This document shows, in pieces, positions 23,290 through 37,240 of a DNA stretch of 64,000 bases; the stretch's first letter is position 1; each line of letters begins with the position of its first letter. This DNA comes from Malacoraja senta. Lineage: Eukaryota. Where the stretch lies: the NCBI GenBank assembly GCA_038087875.1, contig CM075995.1:11038001-11102000 (forward strand). The letters run 5' to 3'. Made by a program: the position numbers and the translations under genes. The notes beneath the pieces are model-generated. The model did not search any database. It was not told the origin of the DNA and saw nothing but the letters and a program-made list of their open reading frames with translations.

Positions 23290-25211
23290 TAGAATAAAAC
23301 TAAAAGAAAAGATGTATAACCCAGCAAAGAGTAGCCGGAAGCCAGAGGATTGGGAAACTTTCATAGGACAACAAAACGGGCAATACGGGCTGAAAAGATG
23401 AAGTACGAGGGGAAGCTGGCCAGGAATATAAAGGACAGTAAAAGCTTCTTTAGATATGTTAAGGGAAAAAGAGTAGCAAAGTCAAATGTGGGTCCCTTGA
23501 AGGCAGACACGGGTGAAATTATTATGGGCAACAAGGAAATGGCAGAAGAGTTGAATAGGTACTTCGGATCTGTCTTCACTAAGGATGACACAAACAATCT
23601 CCCAGATGTACTGGAGGACAGAGGATCTAAGGGGGTAGAGGAACTGAAAGAAATTTTCATTAGGCGAGAAATAGTATTGGGTAGGCTAATGGGACTGAAG
23701 GATGATAAATCCCCTGGGCCTGACGGTCTGCATCCCAGGGTCCTCAGGGAGGTGGCTCTAGAAATAGTGGACGCATTGGTGATCATTTTCCAATGTTCAT
23801 AGATTTAGGATCAGTTCCTGTGGATAGGAGGATAGCTAATGTTATCCCACTTTTCAAAAAAGGAGGGAGAGAGAAAACGGGGAATTATAGACCAGTTAGC
23901 CTGACCTCGGTGGTGGGAAAGATGCTGGAGTCAATTATTAAAGATGTAATAATGGGGCATTTGGATAGTAGAAAATGGATTAGTCCAAGTCAACATGGAT
24001 TTATGAAAGGGAAATCATGCTTGACTAATCTTCTGGAATTTTTTGAGGATGTGACAAGTAAAATGGATGAAGGGGTGCCAGTGGATGTAGTGTATCTGGA
24101 CTTTCAGAAAGCCTATGATAAGGTCCCACACGGGAGACTGGTGACTAAAATTAGAGCACAGGGTATTGGGGGTGGGGTGTTGACATGGATAGAAAATTGG
24201 TTAGCAGACCGGAAGCAAAGTGTAGGAGTGGACGGGTCCTTTTCAGAATGGCAGGCAGTGGTGAGTGGAGTGCCGCAAAGCTCGGTGTTGGGGCCACAAC
24301 TGTTTACCATATATATTAATGATTTGGAAGAGGGAATTAGGAGCCACACTAGCAAGTTTGCGGATGACACAAAGCTGGGTGGCAGTGCGAACTGTGACGA
24401 GGATGTTAGGAGGTTGCAGGGTGACCTGGACACGTTGAGTGAGTGGGCAGATGCGTGGCAGATGCAGTATAATATAGATAAATGTGAGGTTATCCACTTT
24501 GGCGGCAAAAACAAGGGGGCAGATTATTATCTCAATGGGGATAGGTTAGGTAAGGGGGGAGGCGCAGCGAGACCTGGGTGTCCTTGTACACACGTCACTG
24601 AAAATTGGCATGAAGGTACAGCAGGCAGTGAAGAAAGCTAATGGAATGTTGGCCTTCAGAACAAGAGGATTACAGTATAGGAGTAAAGAGGTTCTTCTGC
24701 AGTTGTATAGGGCTCTGGTGAGACCACATCTGGAGTATTGTGTACAGTTTTGGTCTCCTAATTTGAGGAAGGACATCCTTGTGATTGAGGCAGTGCAGCG
24801 TAGGTTCACGAGATTGATCCCTGGGTTGGCGGACTGTCATATGAGGAAAGATTGAAAAGACTAGGCTTGTATTCACTGAAGTTTAGAAGGATGAGGGGGG
24901 ATCTTATAGAAACATATAAAATTACAAAAGAACTGGACAAGCTAGATGCAGAATTTTTTTCCCAATGTTGGGGGAGTCAGGAACCAGGGGCCACAGTCTA
25001 GGAATAAAGGGGAGGTCATTTAAGACTGAGGTGAGAAAAAAACGTTTTCACCCAGAGAGTTGTGAAATTATGGAATTCCCTGCCACAGAGGGCAGTGGAG
25101 GCCAAATCACTGGATGGATTTAAGAGAGAGTTAGATAGAGCTCTAGGGGCTAGTGGAGTCAATGGATATGGGGAGAAGGCAGGCACGGGTTATTGATAGG
25201 GGATGATCAGC
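23290..25211 (+). mobile_element. CR1 LINE (family A), 5'-truncated; its 3' tail resumes at ~27622-27704
   Basis: RT motifs QHGF, DFQKAYD, FADD; frameshifts; 3' UTR interrupted by a family-B CR1. Confidence 0.92.
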
Positions 25212-25255
25212 GATAATTAGGCGACCAAAATTGTACTCCATACGCCAATTTCCTA

Positions 25256-27625
25256 ACCTCCTGTTAGGAAATGAGACAGGGCAGGTGGCGGAGGTATGCG
25301 TCGGGGAGCACTTCGGGTCCAGTGATCACAATACCATTAGTTTCAATATAATTATGGAGAGGGTCAGAACTGGACCTAGGGTTGAGATTTTTGTTTGGAG
25401 AAAGGCTAACTTTGAGGAGATGCGAAAGGATTTAAAAGGAGTGAATTGGGACATGTTGTTTTATGGGAAGGATGTAGAAGAAAAATGGAGGACATTTAAG
25501 GGTGAAATTTTAAGAGTACAGAATCTTTATGTCCCTGTTCGGTTGAAAGGAAATAGTAAAAAATGGAAAGAGCCATGGATTTCAAGGGAAATTGGACACT
25601 TGGTTCGGAAAAAGAGAGAGATCTACAATAATTATAGGCAGCATGGAGTAAATGAGGTGCTTGAGCAGTATAAAGAATGTACAAAGAATATTAAGAAAGA
25701 AATTAGAAAAGCTAAAAGAAGATATGAGGTTGCTTTGGCAAGTAAGGTGAAAGTAAATCCAAAGGGTTTCTACAGCTATATTAATAGCAAAAGGATAACA
25801 AGGAATAATATTGGTCCATTAGAGAGTCAGAGTGGACAGCTATCTGCAGAGCCAAAAGAGATGGGGGAGATATTGAACAATTTCTTTTCTTCGGTATTCA
25901 CGAAGGAGAAGGATATGGAATTATGTGAGGTAAGGGAAACAAGCAGAGTAGCAATGGAAACTGTGAGATTCAAAGAAGAGGAGGTGCGGACACTTTTAAA
26001 AAATATGAAAACCGATAAGTCTCCAGGTCCTGACAGGATATTCCCTGGGACATTGAGGGAAGTTAGTGTGGAAATAGCAGGGGCTATGACAGAAATATTT
26101 CAAATGTCATTAGAAACGGGAATAGTGCCGGAGGATTGGCGTACTGCGCGTGTTGTTCCGTTGTTTAAAAAGGGTTCGAAGAGTAAACCTAGCAATTATA
26201 GACCTGTTAGTTTCACGTCAGTGGTGGGCAAATTAATGGAAAGGATACTTAAAGATAATATATATAAGCATCTGGATAAGCAGGGTCTGATTAGGAACAG
26301 TCAACATGGATTTGTGCCTGGAAGGTCATGCTTGACTAATCTTCTTGAATTTTTCGTAGAGGTTACTAGGGAAATTGATGAGGGTAAAGCAGTGGATGTT
26401 GTCTATATGGACTTCAGTAAGGACTTTGACAAGGTTCCTCATGGAAGGTTGGTTAAGAAGATTCAATTGTTGGGTATTAATGGTGGAGTAGCAAGATGGA
26501 TTCAACAGTGGCTGAATGGGAGATGCCAGAGAGTAATGGTGGATGGCTGTTTGTCAGGTTGGAGGCCGGTGACTAGTGGGGTGCCTCGGGGGTCTGTGTT
26601 GGGTCCACTGTTGTTTGTCATGTACATCAATTATCTGGATGATGGTGTGAAAATTGGATTAGTAAGTATGCAGATGATACTAAGATAGGTGGTGTTGTGG
26701 ATAATGAAGTAGATTTTCAAAGTCTACAGAGAGATTTAGGCCATTTGGAAGAGTGGGCTGAAAGATGGCAGATGGAGTTTAATGCTGACAAATGTGAGGT
26801 GCTACATCTCGGCAGGACAAATCAAAATAGGACGTACACGGTAAATGGTAGCGAATTGAGGAATGCAGTTGAACAGAGGGATCTAGGAATAACTGTGCAT
26901 AGTTCCCTGAAGGTGGAATCTCATGTAGATAGGGTGGTAAAGAAAGCTTTTGGTGTGCTGGCCTTTATAAATCAGAGCATTGAATATAGAAGTTGGGATG
27001 TAATGTTAAAATTGTACAAGGCATTGGTGAGGCCAATTCTGGAGTATGGAGTACAATTTTGGTCGCCTAATTATAGGAAGGATGTCAACAAAATAGAGAG
27101 AGTACAGAGGAGATTTACTAGAATGTTGCCTGGGTTTCAGCAACTAAGTTACAGAGAAAGGTTGAACAGGTCTTTATTCTTTGGAGCGCAGAAGGTTAAG
27201 AGGGAACTTGTTAGAGGTCTTTAAAGTTATGAGCGGGTTAGACAGAGTTGACGTGGATACGCTTTTTCCATTTAGAGTAGGGAAGATTCAAACAAGGGGA
27301 CATGACTTGAGAATTAAGGGACAGAAGTTTAGGGGTAACATTAGGGGGAACATCTTTACTCAGAGAGTGGTAGCTGTGTGGAATAAGCTTCCAGTGGAAG
27401 TGGTGGAGGTTGGTTCGATTTTATCCTTTAAAAATAGATTGGATGGGTATATGGATGGGAAAGGAATGGAGGGTTATGGTCTGAGTGCAGGTAGATGGGA
27501 CTAGGGGGAAGTATTTATTTTTTAAAAAAATTAAAAAAAATGTTCGGCACGGACTTGAAGGGCCGAGATGGCCTGTTTCCGTGCTGTAATGGTTATATGG
27601 TTATATGGTTATATGGTTATATGGT
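25256..27625 (+). mobile_element. CR1 LINE (family B), 5'-truncated
   Basis: ORF2 pieces 25231-26688, 26697-27224 and 27181-27504; (ATGGTTAT)n tail. Confidence 0.95.
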
Positions 27626-29505
27626 CACAATGAATGGTGGTGCTGGCTCGAAGGGCCGAATGGCCTCCTCCTGCACCTATTTTCTATGTTTCTATGTTTC
27701 TATGAGGCGAACATTGATCCGCCAATATCACCTTAATTAGCGCACAGGCTTGCAGGTCCCAGTGGTCGACTCCTCCTCCAATTGTTATGTGTGTTGTGTT
27801 CTTCACTTCACAATGATACACACGCACCCATCCCCACGAATAAGTGTGCAACATTAATTTATGACGAGATGCAACCAGATCAGCAGGAATGTAACCCGAT
27901 ACACAGCTTTTGTTGTGCTGGCCTTTATAAATCAGAGCATTGAATATCGAAGTTGGGATGTAATGTTAAAATTGTACAAGGCATTGGTGAGGCCAATTCT
28001 GGAGTATGGAGTACAATTTTGGTCGCCTAATTATAGGAAGGATGTCAACAAAATAGAGAGAGTACAGAGGAGATTTACTAGAATGTTGCCTGGGTTTCAG
28101 CAACTAAGTTACAGAGAAAGGTTGAACAAGTTAGGTCTTTATTCTTTGGAGCGCAGAAGGTTAAGAGGGAACTTGTTAGAGGTCTTTAAAGTTATGAGCG
28201 GGTTAGACAGAGTTGACGTGGATACGCTTTTTCCATTTAGAGTAGGGAAGTTTCAAACAAGGGGACATGACTTGAGAATTAAGGGACAGAAGTTTAGGGG
28301 TAACATTAGGGGGAACATCTTTACTCAGAGAGTGGTAGCTGTGTGGAATGAACTTCCAGTGGAAGTGGTGGAGGCTGGTTCGATTTTATCCTTTAAAAAT
28401 AGATTGGATGGGTATATGGACGGGAAAGGAATGGAGGGTTATGGTCTGAGTGCAGGTAGATGGGACTAGGGGGAAGTATTTATTTAAAACAAAAATTAAA
28501 AAAAATGTTCGGCACGGACTTGAAGGGCCGAGATGGCCTGTTTCCGTGCTGTAATGGTTATATGGTTATATGGTTATATGGTTATATGGTCACAATGAAT
28601 GGTGGTGCTGGCTCGAAGGGCCGAATGGCCTCCTCCTGCACCTATTTTCTATGTTTCTATGTTTCTATGAGGCGAACATTGATCCGCCAATATCACCTTA
28701 ATTAGCGCACAGGCTTGCAGGTCCCAGTGGTCGACTCCTCCTCCAATTGTTATGTGTGTTGTGTTCTTCACTTCACAATGATACACACGCACCCATCCCC
28801 ACGAATAAGTGTGCAACATTAATTTATGACGAGATGCAACCAGATCAGCAGGAATGTAACCCGATACACAGCTTTTGGTGTGCTGGCCTTTATAAATCAG
28901 AGCATTGAATATAGAAGTTGGGATGTAATGTTAAAATTGTACAAGGCATTGGTGAGGCCAATTCTGGAGTATGGAGTACAATTTTGGTCGCCTAATTATA
29001 GGAAGCATGTCAACAAAATAGAGAGAGTACAGAGGAGATTTACTAGAATGTTGCCTGGGTTTCAGCAACTAAGTTACAGAGAAAGGTTGAACAAGTTAGG
29101 TCTTTATTCTTTGGAGCGGTTAGACAGAGTTGACGTGGATACGCTTTTTCCATTTAGAGTAGGGAAGATTCAAACAAGGGGACATGACTTGAGAATTAAG
29201 GGACAGAAGTTTAGGGGGAACATTAGGGGGAACTTCTTTACTCAGAGAGTGGTAGCTGTGTGGAATGAGTTTCCAGTGGAAGTGGTGGAGGCAGGTTCGA
29301 TGTTATCCTTTAAAAATAGAGTGGATGGGTATATGGACGGGAAAGGAATGGAGGGTTATGGTCTGAGTGCAGGTAGATGGGACTAGGGGGAAGTATTTAT
29401 TTTTAATTTAAAAAAAAATGTTTTTTTAAATGTACGGCACGGACTTGAAGGGCCGAGATGGCCTGTTTCCGTGCTGTTATGGTTATATGGTTATATGGTT
29501 ATATA
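26945..29505 (+). repeat. Tandem array of a ~960-965-bp unit (CR1-B 3' end + CR1-A tail + ~200 bp unique DNA), about 2.7 copies
   Basis: Units start at 26945, 27905 and 28870; 27625-27905 is essentially identical to 28590-28870. Confidence 0.95.
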
Positions 29506-30094
29506 TTAGGATAGCGAAAGAGGCGGGAAATAATCGATCTTGGCCATGACGATTGAACAAATAGACAAGAGGATGGTCAATTAGACCAAACCTGCGGCTA
29601 TCTGCATCGTTGATTTCTGTTATTTGGTCCGTAACTGCTCCGCTCTTCCACAGTCCCCGATATCACAAAACTTGGGACATTATCGGTTTGCTCCGTCTTT
29701 GCTCCAATGTTACTGCGCCCTGCGCTATCGTCCATTACTTCAGCTCTGCAATGAGATTTCAGCTTTCCCTCCTCCACCCAATGTGCACTCCGCACACTAG
29801 AGATTTCCACGTCCAACATCGTTGACAAAAGAGAGGGAGGTTCAAAGCGCTCGTCATTCCATCGTATCCCTAGTTTATTCCACGCTCTCTCCACCACATT
29901 TAGCGATCAAACTCTCATTGCAAAAAACCTTTACATTAAACACAAAACACACCGGGCTTGTATGACAATGAGAGAAGGTGGAATCTTAAGCGAATTATTT
30001 ATGAAATATCGCTGATAACACTCCGTTATTCAAACCAATTGCTCTCGACAACGATAGGACAAGGACAGAAACGATGTGTGAAAAGTACAATGAA

Positions 30095-30657
30095 ATTTTA
30101 GAATTTTGGAAGAAGGCTCCAATACCAACTATAAATATGTGGATTTCAAATATGTTTGAAACATTACACCTAGAAGAGATAAGACTCCTCCTAGCAGGTA
30201 AACCAGATCACCTGCACCTGACGTGGTCTGCATTTATAGAATTATTACAAACATAGGGTGCAAAAGTACTTTAAAAAAATTTGAGGTCAGGTAAGGGGGG
30301 ATGATAGTTGAAGAGTTGGTATGTCCCATTTACGTAATGCTCATAAAAATATTTGTTTCTCTCTTTTTCCTCTTTCTCTCTCTCTCTCTTTCCTAGGGTC
30401 TATTTCTTAACTCTTTTTCTTTTGTTTTTAATTTTTCTCTTATAGGGTCTTCGTCCTTTTTTGTTGTCACATTTCTTACACTTTCACTTTTTCCTTCACT
30501 TTCTTCTTAATTTCAATCTTTTCCTTTTCCAGTGTAAAAAATAAATGGAGTACATTAATTGTAAGAAGATATAAATGACAAGTACTAATGTATGTGGTTG
30601 TAATGTAATGTACTTCTAATAAAATTAAAATAAAAAAAAATAAAAAAAATAAAAAAA
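30095..30657 (+). mobile_element. L1 3' fragment
   Basis: Homologous to 7005-7560; A tail; 15-bp TSD GAAAAG(T/C)ACAATGAA at 30080-30094 / 30658-30672. Confidence 0.9.
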
Positions 30658-30919
30658 GAAAAGCACAATGAATTCGACGTTCATCACCTTAACCTCTCTG
30701 CCACCTCGTCTTTTCCCGTGATTTGTTTCAGACATTGTCTTTCTCCATTGGGCCGTGTGTTCATATTTATATTATATCTTTGATTTCCATTTAAGTTTCT
30801 AGGTCATCTTTACTAGAATTGTAAACCTTTTCCATCCCCAACGTTTATTGATCTATTCTCGCAAAGTTATACGCATTTTAATCGATTTAGTACATGTTTT
30901 ATAGTTACGCCAATAAGTT

Positions 30920-33364
30920 TTTTATATTTTATTTTAATTTTTATTTAGTGTCCAATTTCCCTTGAAAACCATGGCTCTTTCCATTTTTTACTATTTCCTT
31001 TCAACCGAACAGGGACATAAAGATTCTGTACTCTTAAAATTTCACCCTTAAATGTCCTCCATTTTTCTTCTACATCCTTCCCATAAAACAACATGTCCCA
31101 ATTCACTCCTTTTAAATCCTTTCGCATCTCCTCAAAGTTAGCCTTTCTCCAAACAAAAATCTCAACCCTAGGTCCAGTTCTCACCCTGTCCATAATTATA
31201 TTGAAACTAATGGTATTGTGATCACTGGACCCCAAGTGCTCCCCGACGCATACCTCCGCCACCTGCCCTGTCTCATTTCCTAACAGGAGGTCCAGCACTG
31301 CCCCTTCTCTAGTAGGTACCTCTATGTATTGCTGCAAAAAACTATCTTGCACACATTTTACAAACTCCAAACCATCCAGCCCTTTTACAGAATGTGTTTC
31401 CCAGTCTATGTGTGGAAAATTGAAATCTCCCACAATCACTACCTTGTGCTTACTACTAATATCTGCTATCTCCGTACATATTTGCTCTTCCAATTCTCGC
31501 TCCCCATTTGGCGGTCTATAATACAACCCTATAAGTGTTGCTACACCTTTCCCATTTCCCAGTTCCACCCAAATAGCCTCCCTAGACGAGCCCTCTAATC
31601 TATCCTGCCAAATCACTGCTGTAATATCTTCCTTGACAAGCAATGCAACACCCCCACCTCTTGCCCCTCCAATTCTATCACCCCTGAAGCAACGAAATCC
31701 TGGAATATTTATTTGCCAATCACAGCCCTCCTGCAACCATGTTTCACTGATCGCCACAACATCATACTTCCAGGTGTCAATCCAGGCTCTAAGCTCATCC
31801 ACCTTTCTTACAATGCTCCTAGCATTAAAATATACACATTTAAGAAACCCACCACCACTTATTCTCTGTTTATTATCTTTTTCTTCTTTCTCCCCTACAT
31901 TTTGGGTCTGAGTGCTTCCCTTCTCTGCCTCCTGCCTCCCACATTTTCCACTAGCTTTCTCTATTTGAGTCCCTCCCCCCAACCGTTCTAGTTTAAAGTC
32001 TCCCCAGTAGCCTTTGCAAATCTCCCCGCCAGGATATTAGTCCCCCTCGGGTTCAAGTGCAACCCGTCCTTTCTGTACAGGTCACACCTTCCCCAAAAGA
32101 GGTCCCAATGATCCAGAAATTTGAATCCCTGCCCGCTGCACCAGTTCCTCAGCCACGCATTTATCCTCCGCCTCACTCCATTCACTCCATTCCTACTCTC
32201 ACCGTCGCGTGGCACAGGTAGTAATCCTGAGATTGTTACCTTTGTAGTCCTTCTCCTTATCTTTTGTATATTTTTTCAAATAGTCGCATATTTGAAAATA
32301 TTTAAAATATTGATTATTTCCGAGTTTATATTTTATTTGTAATTGTTGAAATGAAAGTAATTTTCCAGTTTCATACAAGTCACCAAGCGTTTTAATTCCT
32401 AGTCTATCCCAATGTGTAAAAGCTTTATCTATAATAGAGGGATTAAACGAAGGGTTATTAACTATAGGTAATAAAAGTGATAAATTTCTCAATTTTAAAT
32501 TTTGTTTTATTTGTTTCCAAATTCGGATTGTACTATGAATAATTGGGTTCTTATTATAATTTATGTTATTCAATTTCATTGGAGAAAGGAGGATCGCTCC
32601 AATGTTTCCAGAGGAGCAATCGTCCTTCTCCATTACAATCCAGTCCACTTGCTGGGCGGAGTTATCCATCAGTTGAATCATATTTTTAATATTTACTGAC
32701 CAATAATAATACATAAAGTTAGGTAGTGCTAAACCCCCTAACACTTTAGGTTTATTCAGATGAGTTTTTTGTATTCTATGTGATTTATAGTCCCATATAA
32801 AATTAGTGATATCTGAGTCGAGTTTTTTAAAAAACTTCTTTGGTAAGTATATATGAATCGATTGAAATAGGTATAAAATTTGTGGTAGAAAGATCATTTT
32901 TATTGCGTTTATTCGGCCTATTAAAGACATCGGGAGCGTTTTCCAGAATTTAATTAGTGTGTTTAATTTATTAAGTAGGGGGTCAAAATTTGCCCTAAAC
33001 ATACCTTGATATGTTCTGGTAATTTCGATTCCCAAGTATTTAAATTTTTCTGTAGCTATTTTAAAAGGGAATTTTAAAAGATGCGTTGAATCTTTCGGTT
33101 TTATTGACATAATTTCACTTTTATTCCAATTTATTCTATATCCAGAAAAATATCCAAAGTCTTCAATTAAATTTAATATATTTGGTATAGTGATTTAAGG
33201 TTTTGTAATGTACAGTAATATATCATCCGCGTATAAAGATATTTTATTATATGAGTCTTTAGTATTATATCCATGGATATCAGGGTGTATTCTAATTTTT
33301 TCTGCTAGCGGTTCAATAATGAGAGCAAACAGCTGTGGTGATAATGAGCATCCTTGTCTATTTC
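30920..33364 (-). mobile_element. Chimeric L1(ORF2)-CR1(ORF1 end + endonuclease)-A-tail insertion
   Basis: L1 33364-32259, CR1-B 32258-30947, A-rich tail; 16-bp TSD GTTACGCCAATAAGTT (30904-30919 / 33365-33380). Confidence 0.88.
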
Positions 33365-33489
33365 GTTACGCCAATAAGTTATGGTTATTTTTCCTTCCTG
33401 CGCTTTTGCTTTGGAAGTAATATGTAAAATATTGATATAAAGTCGATGACCTCTCTGTGTTGAAAATATTTATTATGATTTAAGATTAT

Positions 33490-34095
33490 AAGGTCATATG
33501 TGAGAGGTGGAAAATTAGACATTTCGGCCCATCGTCTACTCCACTATTCAATAATGACTAGATCTATCTCTCCCTCCTAACCCCATTCTCCTTCCATCTC
33601 CGCATTACCCCTGACACCCGTACTAATCGAGAATATATCTATCTCTGCCTTGGCCTCCACTTGTGGGACATCCTCCCCATATCCACTCCATCAAATCCTT
33701 TCACTATTCGGTAAGTTTCAATGTTGCCCCCCCACCCCCATCTTCCCCACCCCCATCACCCCCACCCCATCTATCTAAACTCCAGCGACTACAGCCCCAG
33801 TGCCGTCAAAGGCTCATCGTATGTTAACCCATTCATTCCTTGGATTATTCTTATAAACTTCCCCTGGACCCTCTCCAGAGCCAGCACACCCTTCCTCTGA
33901 TATGGTGCCCACAATTGCTCACAATACCCAAAATGCGGCCTGACTAGCGTCTTATATAGCCTCCGCATTAGATCCCTGTTTTTGTATTCTAGTCCTCTTG
34001 AAATATATGCTAGCATTGTGTTTGCCTTCCTTACTACCGATACGACTTGCAAATTAACTTTTTGAGAATCCGGCACCAGCACTCCACCAGCACTC
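33490..34095 (-). mobile_element. Old CR1 3' part; continues at ~37240-37570
   Basis: KANTMLAYISRGLEYK...LVRPHFGYC; interrupted by a plus-strand CR1. Confidence 0.8.
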
Positions 34096-34099
34096 CACT

Positions 34100-37000
34100 G
34101 CTACACGGGTGGTTTTAAACTGAATAAGGGGGGTGGGGTGTCGAATGGGATAGTGGAGGATGGAGTTAAAGGGAAAGGGTTTCTTAAATGTGTGAGCGTA
34201 GAGACAGAGGAGTGTAAAATGAGGGTAGAAGCAATAGTGAAAAGGTGAAAAGTAAAAGTGGAAGACAGACAAAACCAGGGCAAAAATCAAAAAGGGCCAC
34301 TTTTCAACATAATTGTATAAGGGGTAAGAGTGTTGTAAAAACAAGCCTGAAGGCTTTGTGTCTCAATGCAAGGAGCATTCGTAATAAGGTGGATGAGTTG
34401 AATGTGCAGATAGCTATTAATGACTATGATATAGTTGGGATCACGGAGACAAGGCTCCAGGGTGACCAAGGCTGGGAGCTGAACATCCAGGGATATTCAA
34501 TATTCAGGAGGGATAGAGAGAAAGGAAAAGGAGGTGGGGTAGCGTTGCTGATTAGAGAGGACATTAACGCAATGGAAAGGAAGGACATTAGGTTCGAGGA
34601 TGTGGAATCGGTATGGGTAGAGCTGCGAAACACTAAGGGGCAGAAAACGCTGGTGGGTGTGTACAGGCCACCTAACAGTAGTAGTGAAGTTGGAGATGGT
34701 ATCATACAGGAAATTAGAAATGCGTGCGACAAAGGCAAAACAGTTATAATGGGTGACTTCAATCTACATATAGATTGGGTGAATCAAATTGGCAGGGGTG
34801 CTGAGGAAGAGGATTTCTTGGAATGTATGCGGGATAGTTATCTAAATCAACATGTAGAGGAACCAACGAGAGAGCAGGCTATTTTAGACTGGATATTGAG
34901 TAATGAGGAAGGGTTAGTTAGCAGTCTTGTTGTACGTGCCCCCTTGGGCAAGAGTGACCATAATATGGTTGAGTTCTTCATTAGGATGGAGAGTGACATT
35001 GTTAATTCAGAAACAATGGTTCTGAACTTAAAGAAAGGTAACTTTGAGGGTATGAGACGTGAATTGGCCAAGATTGACTGGCAAATAATTCTAAAAGGGT
35101 TGACGGTGGACATGCAATGGAAGACATTTAAAGACTGCATGGATGAACTACAAAAATTGTTCATCCCAGTTTGGCAAAAGAATAAATCAGGGAAGGTAGT
35201 GCATCCATGGATAACAAGGGAAATCAGGGATGGTATCAAAGCGAAGGATGATGCGTACAAATTAGCCCGAAAAAGGAGGACTACGAGAAATTCAGAGACC
35301 AGCAGAGGAGGACAAAGGGCTTAATTAGGAAAGGAAAAATAGATTATGAAAGAAAACTGGCAGGGAACATAAAAACTGACTGCAAACGTTTTTATAGATA
35401 TGTAAAAAGAAAGAGATTAGTTAAAACAAATGTAGGTCCCTTGCAGTCAGAAACAGGTGAGTTGATCATGGGGAACAAGGATATGGCGGACCAATTGAAT
35501 AACTACTTTGGTTCCGTCTTCACTGTGGAAGACATAAATAATCTGCCGGAAATAGCAGGGGACCGCGGGTCAAAGGAGTTGGAGGAATTGAGTGAAATCC
35601 AGGTTAGTCGGGAAGTGGTTTTGGGTAAATTGAATGGATTAAAGGCCGATAAATCCCCAGGGCCAGATAGGCTGCATCCCAGAGTACTTAAGGAAGTAGC
35701 TCCAGAAATAGTGGATGCATTAGTAATAATCTTTCAAAACTCTTTAGATTCTGGAGTCGTTCCTGAGGATTGGCGGGTAGCAAACGTAACCCCACTTTTT
35801 AAGATGGGAGGGAGAGAGAAAACGGGGAATTACAGACCAGTTAGTCTAACATCGGTAGTGGGGAAACTGCTAGAGTCAGTTATTAAAGATGGGATAGCAG
35901 CACATTTGGAAAGTGGTGAAATCATTGGACAAAGTCAGCATGGATTTACGAAAGGTAAATCATGTCTGACGAATCTTATAGAATTTTTCGAGGATGTAAC
36001 TAGTAGCGTGGATAGGGGAGAACCAGTGGATGTGGTGTATCTGGACTTCCAGAAGGCTTTCGACAAGGTCCCACATAAGAGATTAGTATACAAACTTAAA
36101 GCACATGGCATTGGGGGTTCAGTATTGATGTGGATAGAGAACTGGCTGGCAAACAGGACGCAAAGAGTAGGAGTAAACGGGTCCTTTTCACAATGGCAGG
36201 CAATGACTAGTGGGGTACCGCAAGGCTCAGTGCTGGGACCCCAGCTATTTACAATATAAATTAATGACCTAGATGAGGGAATTGAAGGCAATATCTCCAA
36301 GTTTGCGGATGACACTAAGCTGGGGGGCAGTGTTAGCTGTGAGGAGGATGCTAGGAGACTGCAAGGTGACTTGGATAGGCTGGGTGAGTGGGCAAATGTT
36401 TGGCAGATGCAGTATAATGTGGATAAATGTGAGGTTATCCATTTTGGTGGCAAAAACAGGAAAGCAGACTATTATCTAAATGGTGGCCGACTAGGAAAAG
36501 GGGAGATGCAGCGAGACCTGGGTGTCATGGTACACCAGTCATTGAAAGTAGGCATGCAGGTGCAGCAGGCAGTGAAGAAAGCGAATGGTATGTTAGCATT
36601 CATAGCAAAAGGATTTGAGTATAGGAGCAGGGAGGTTCTACTGCAGTTGTACAGGGTCTTGGTGAGACCACACCTGGAGTATTGCGTACAGTTTTGGTCT
36701 CCAAATCTGAGGAAGGACATTATTGCCATAGAGGGAGTGCAGAGAAGGTTCACCAGACTGATTCCTGGGATGTCAGGACTGTCTTATGGAGAAAGACTGG
36801 ATAGACTTGGTTTATATTCTCTAGAATTTAGGAGATTGAGAGGGGATCTTATAGAAACTTACAAAATTCTTAAGGGGTTGGACAGGCTAGATGCAGGAAG
36901 ATTGCTCCCGATGTTGGGGAAGTCCAGGACAAGGGGTCACAGCTTAAGGATAAGGGGGAAATCCTTTAAAACCGAGATGAGAAGAACTTTTTTCACACAG

Positions 37001-37240
37001 AGAGTGGTGAATCTCTGGAACTCTCTGTCACAGAGGGTAGTCGAGGCCAGTTCATTGGCTATATTTAAGAGGGAGTTAGATGTGGCCCTTGTGGCTAAAG
37101 GGATCAGAGGGTATGGAGAGAAGGCAGGTACGGGATACTGAGTTGGATGATCAGCCATGATCATATTGAATGGCGGTGCAGGCTCGAAGGGCCGAATGGC
37201 CTACTCCTGCACCTAATTTCTATGTTTCTATGTTTCTATG
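34100..37240 (+). mobile_element. CR1 LINE (family C), near-complete ORF2 with a frameshift and a stop
   Basis: EN (LNARS, GITET, YRPP, GDFN, SDH), RT (FADD), (TTTCTATG)n tail. Confidence 0.95.

Noticed and set aside
27861..29386. Tandem novel genes beginning MTRCNQISRN
   Set aside because: A chance upstream ATG fused to duplicated CR1 ORF2 C-termini
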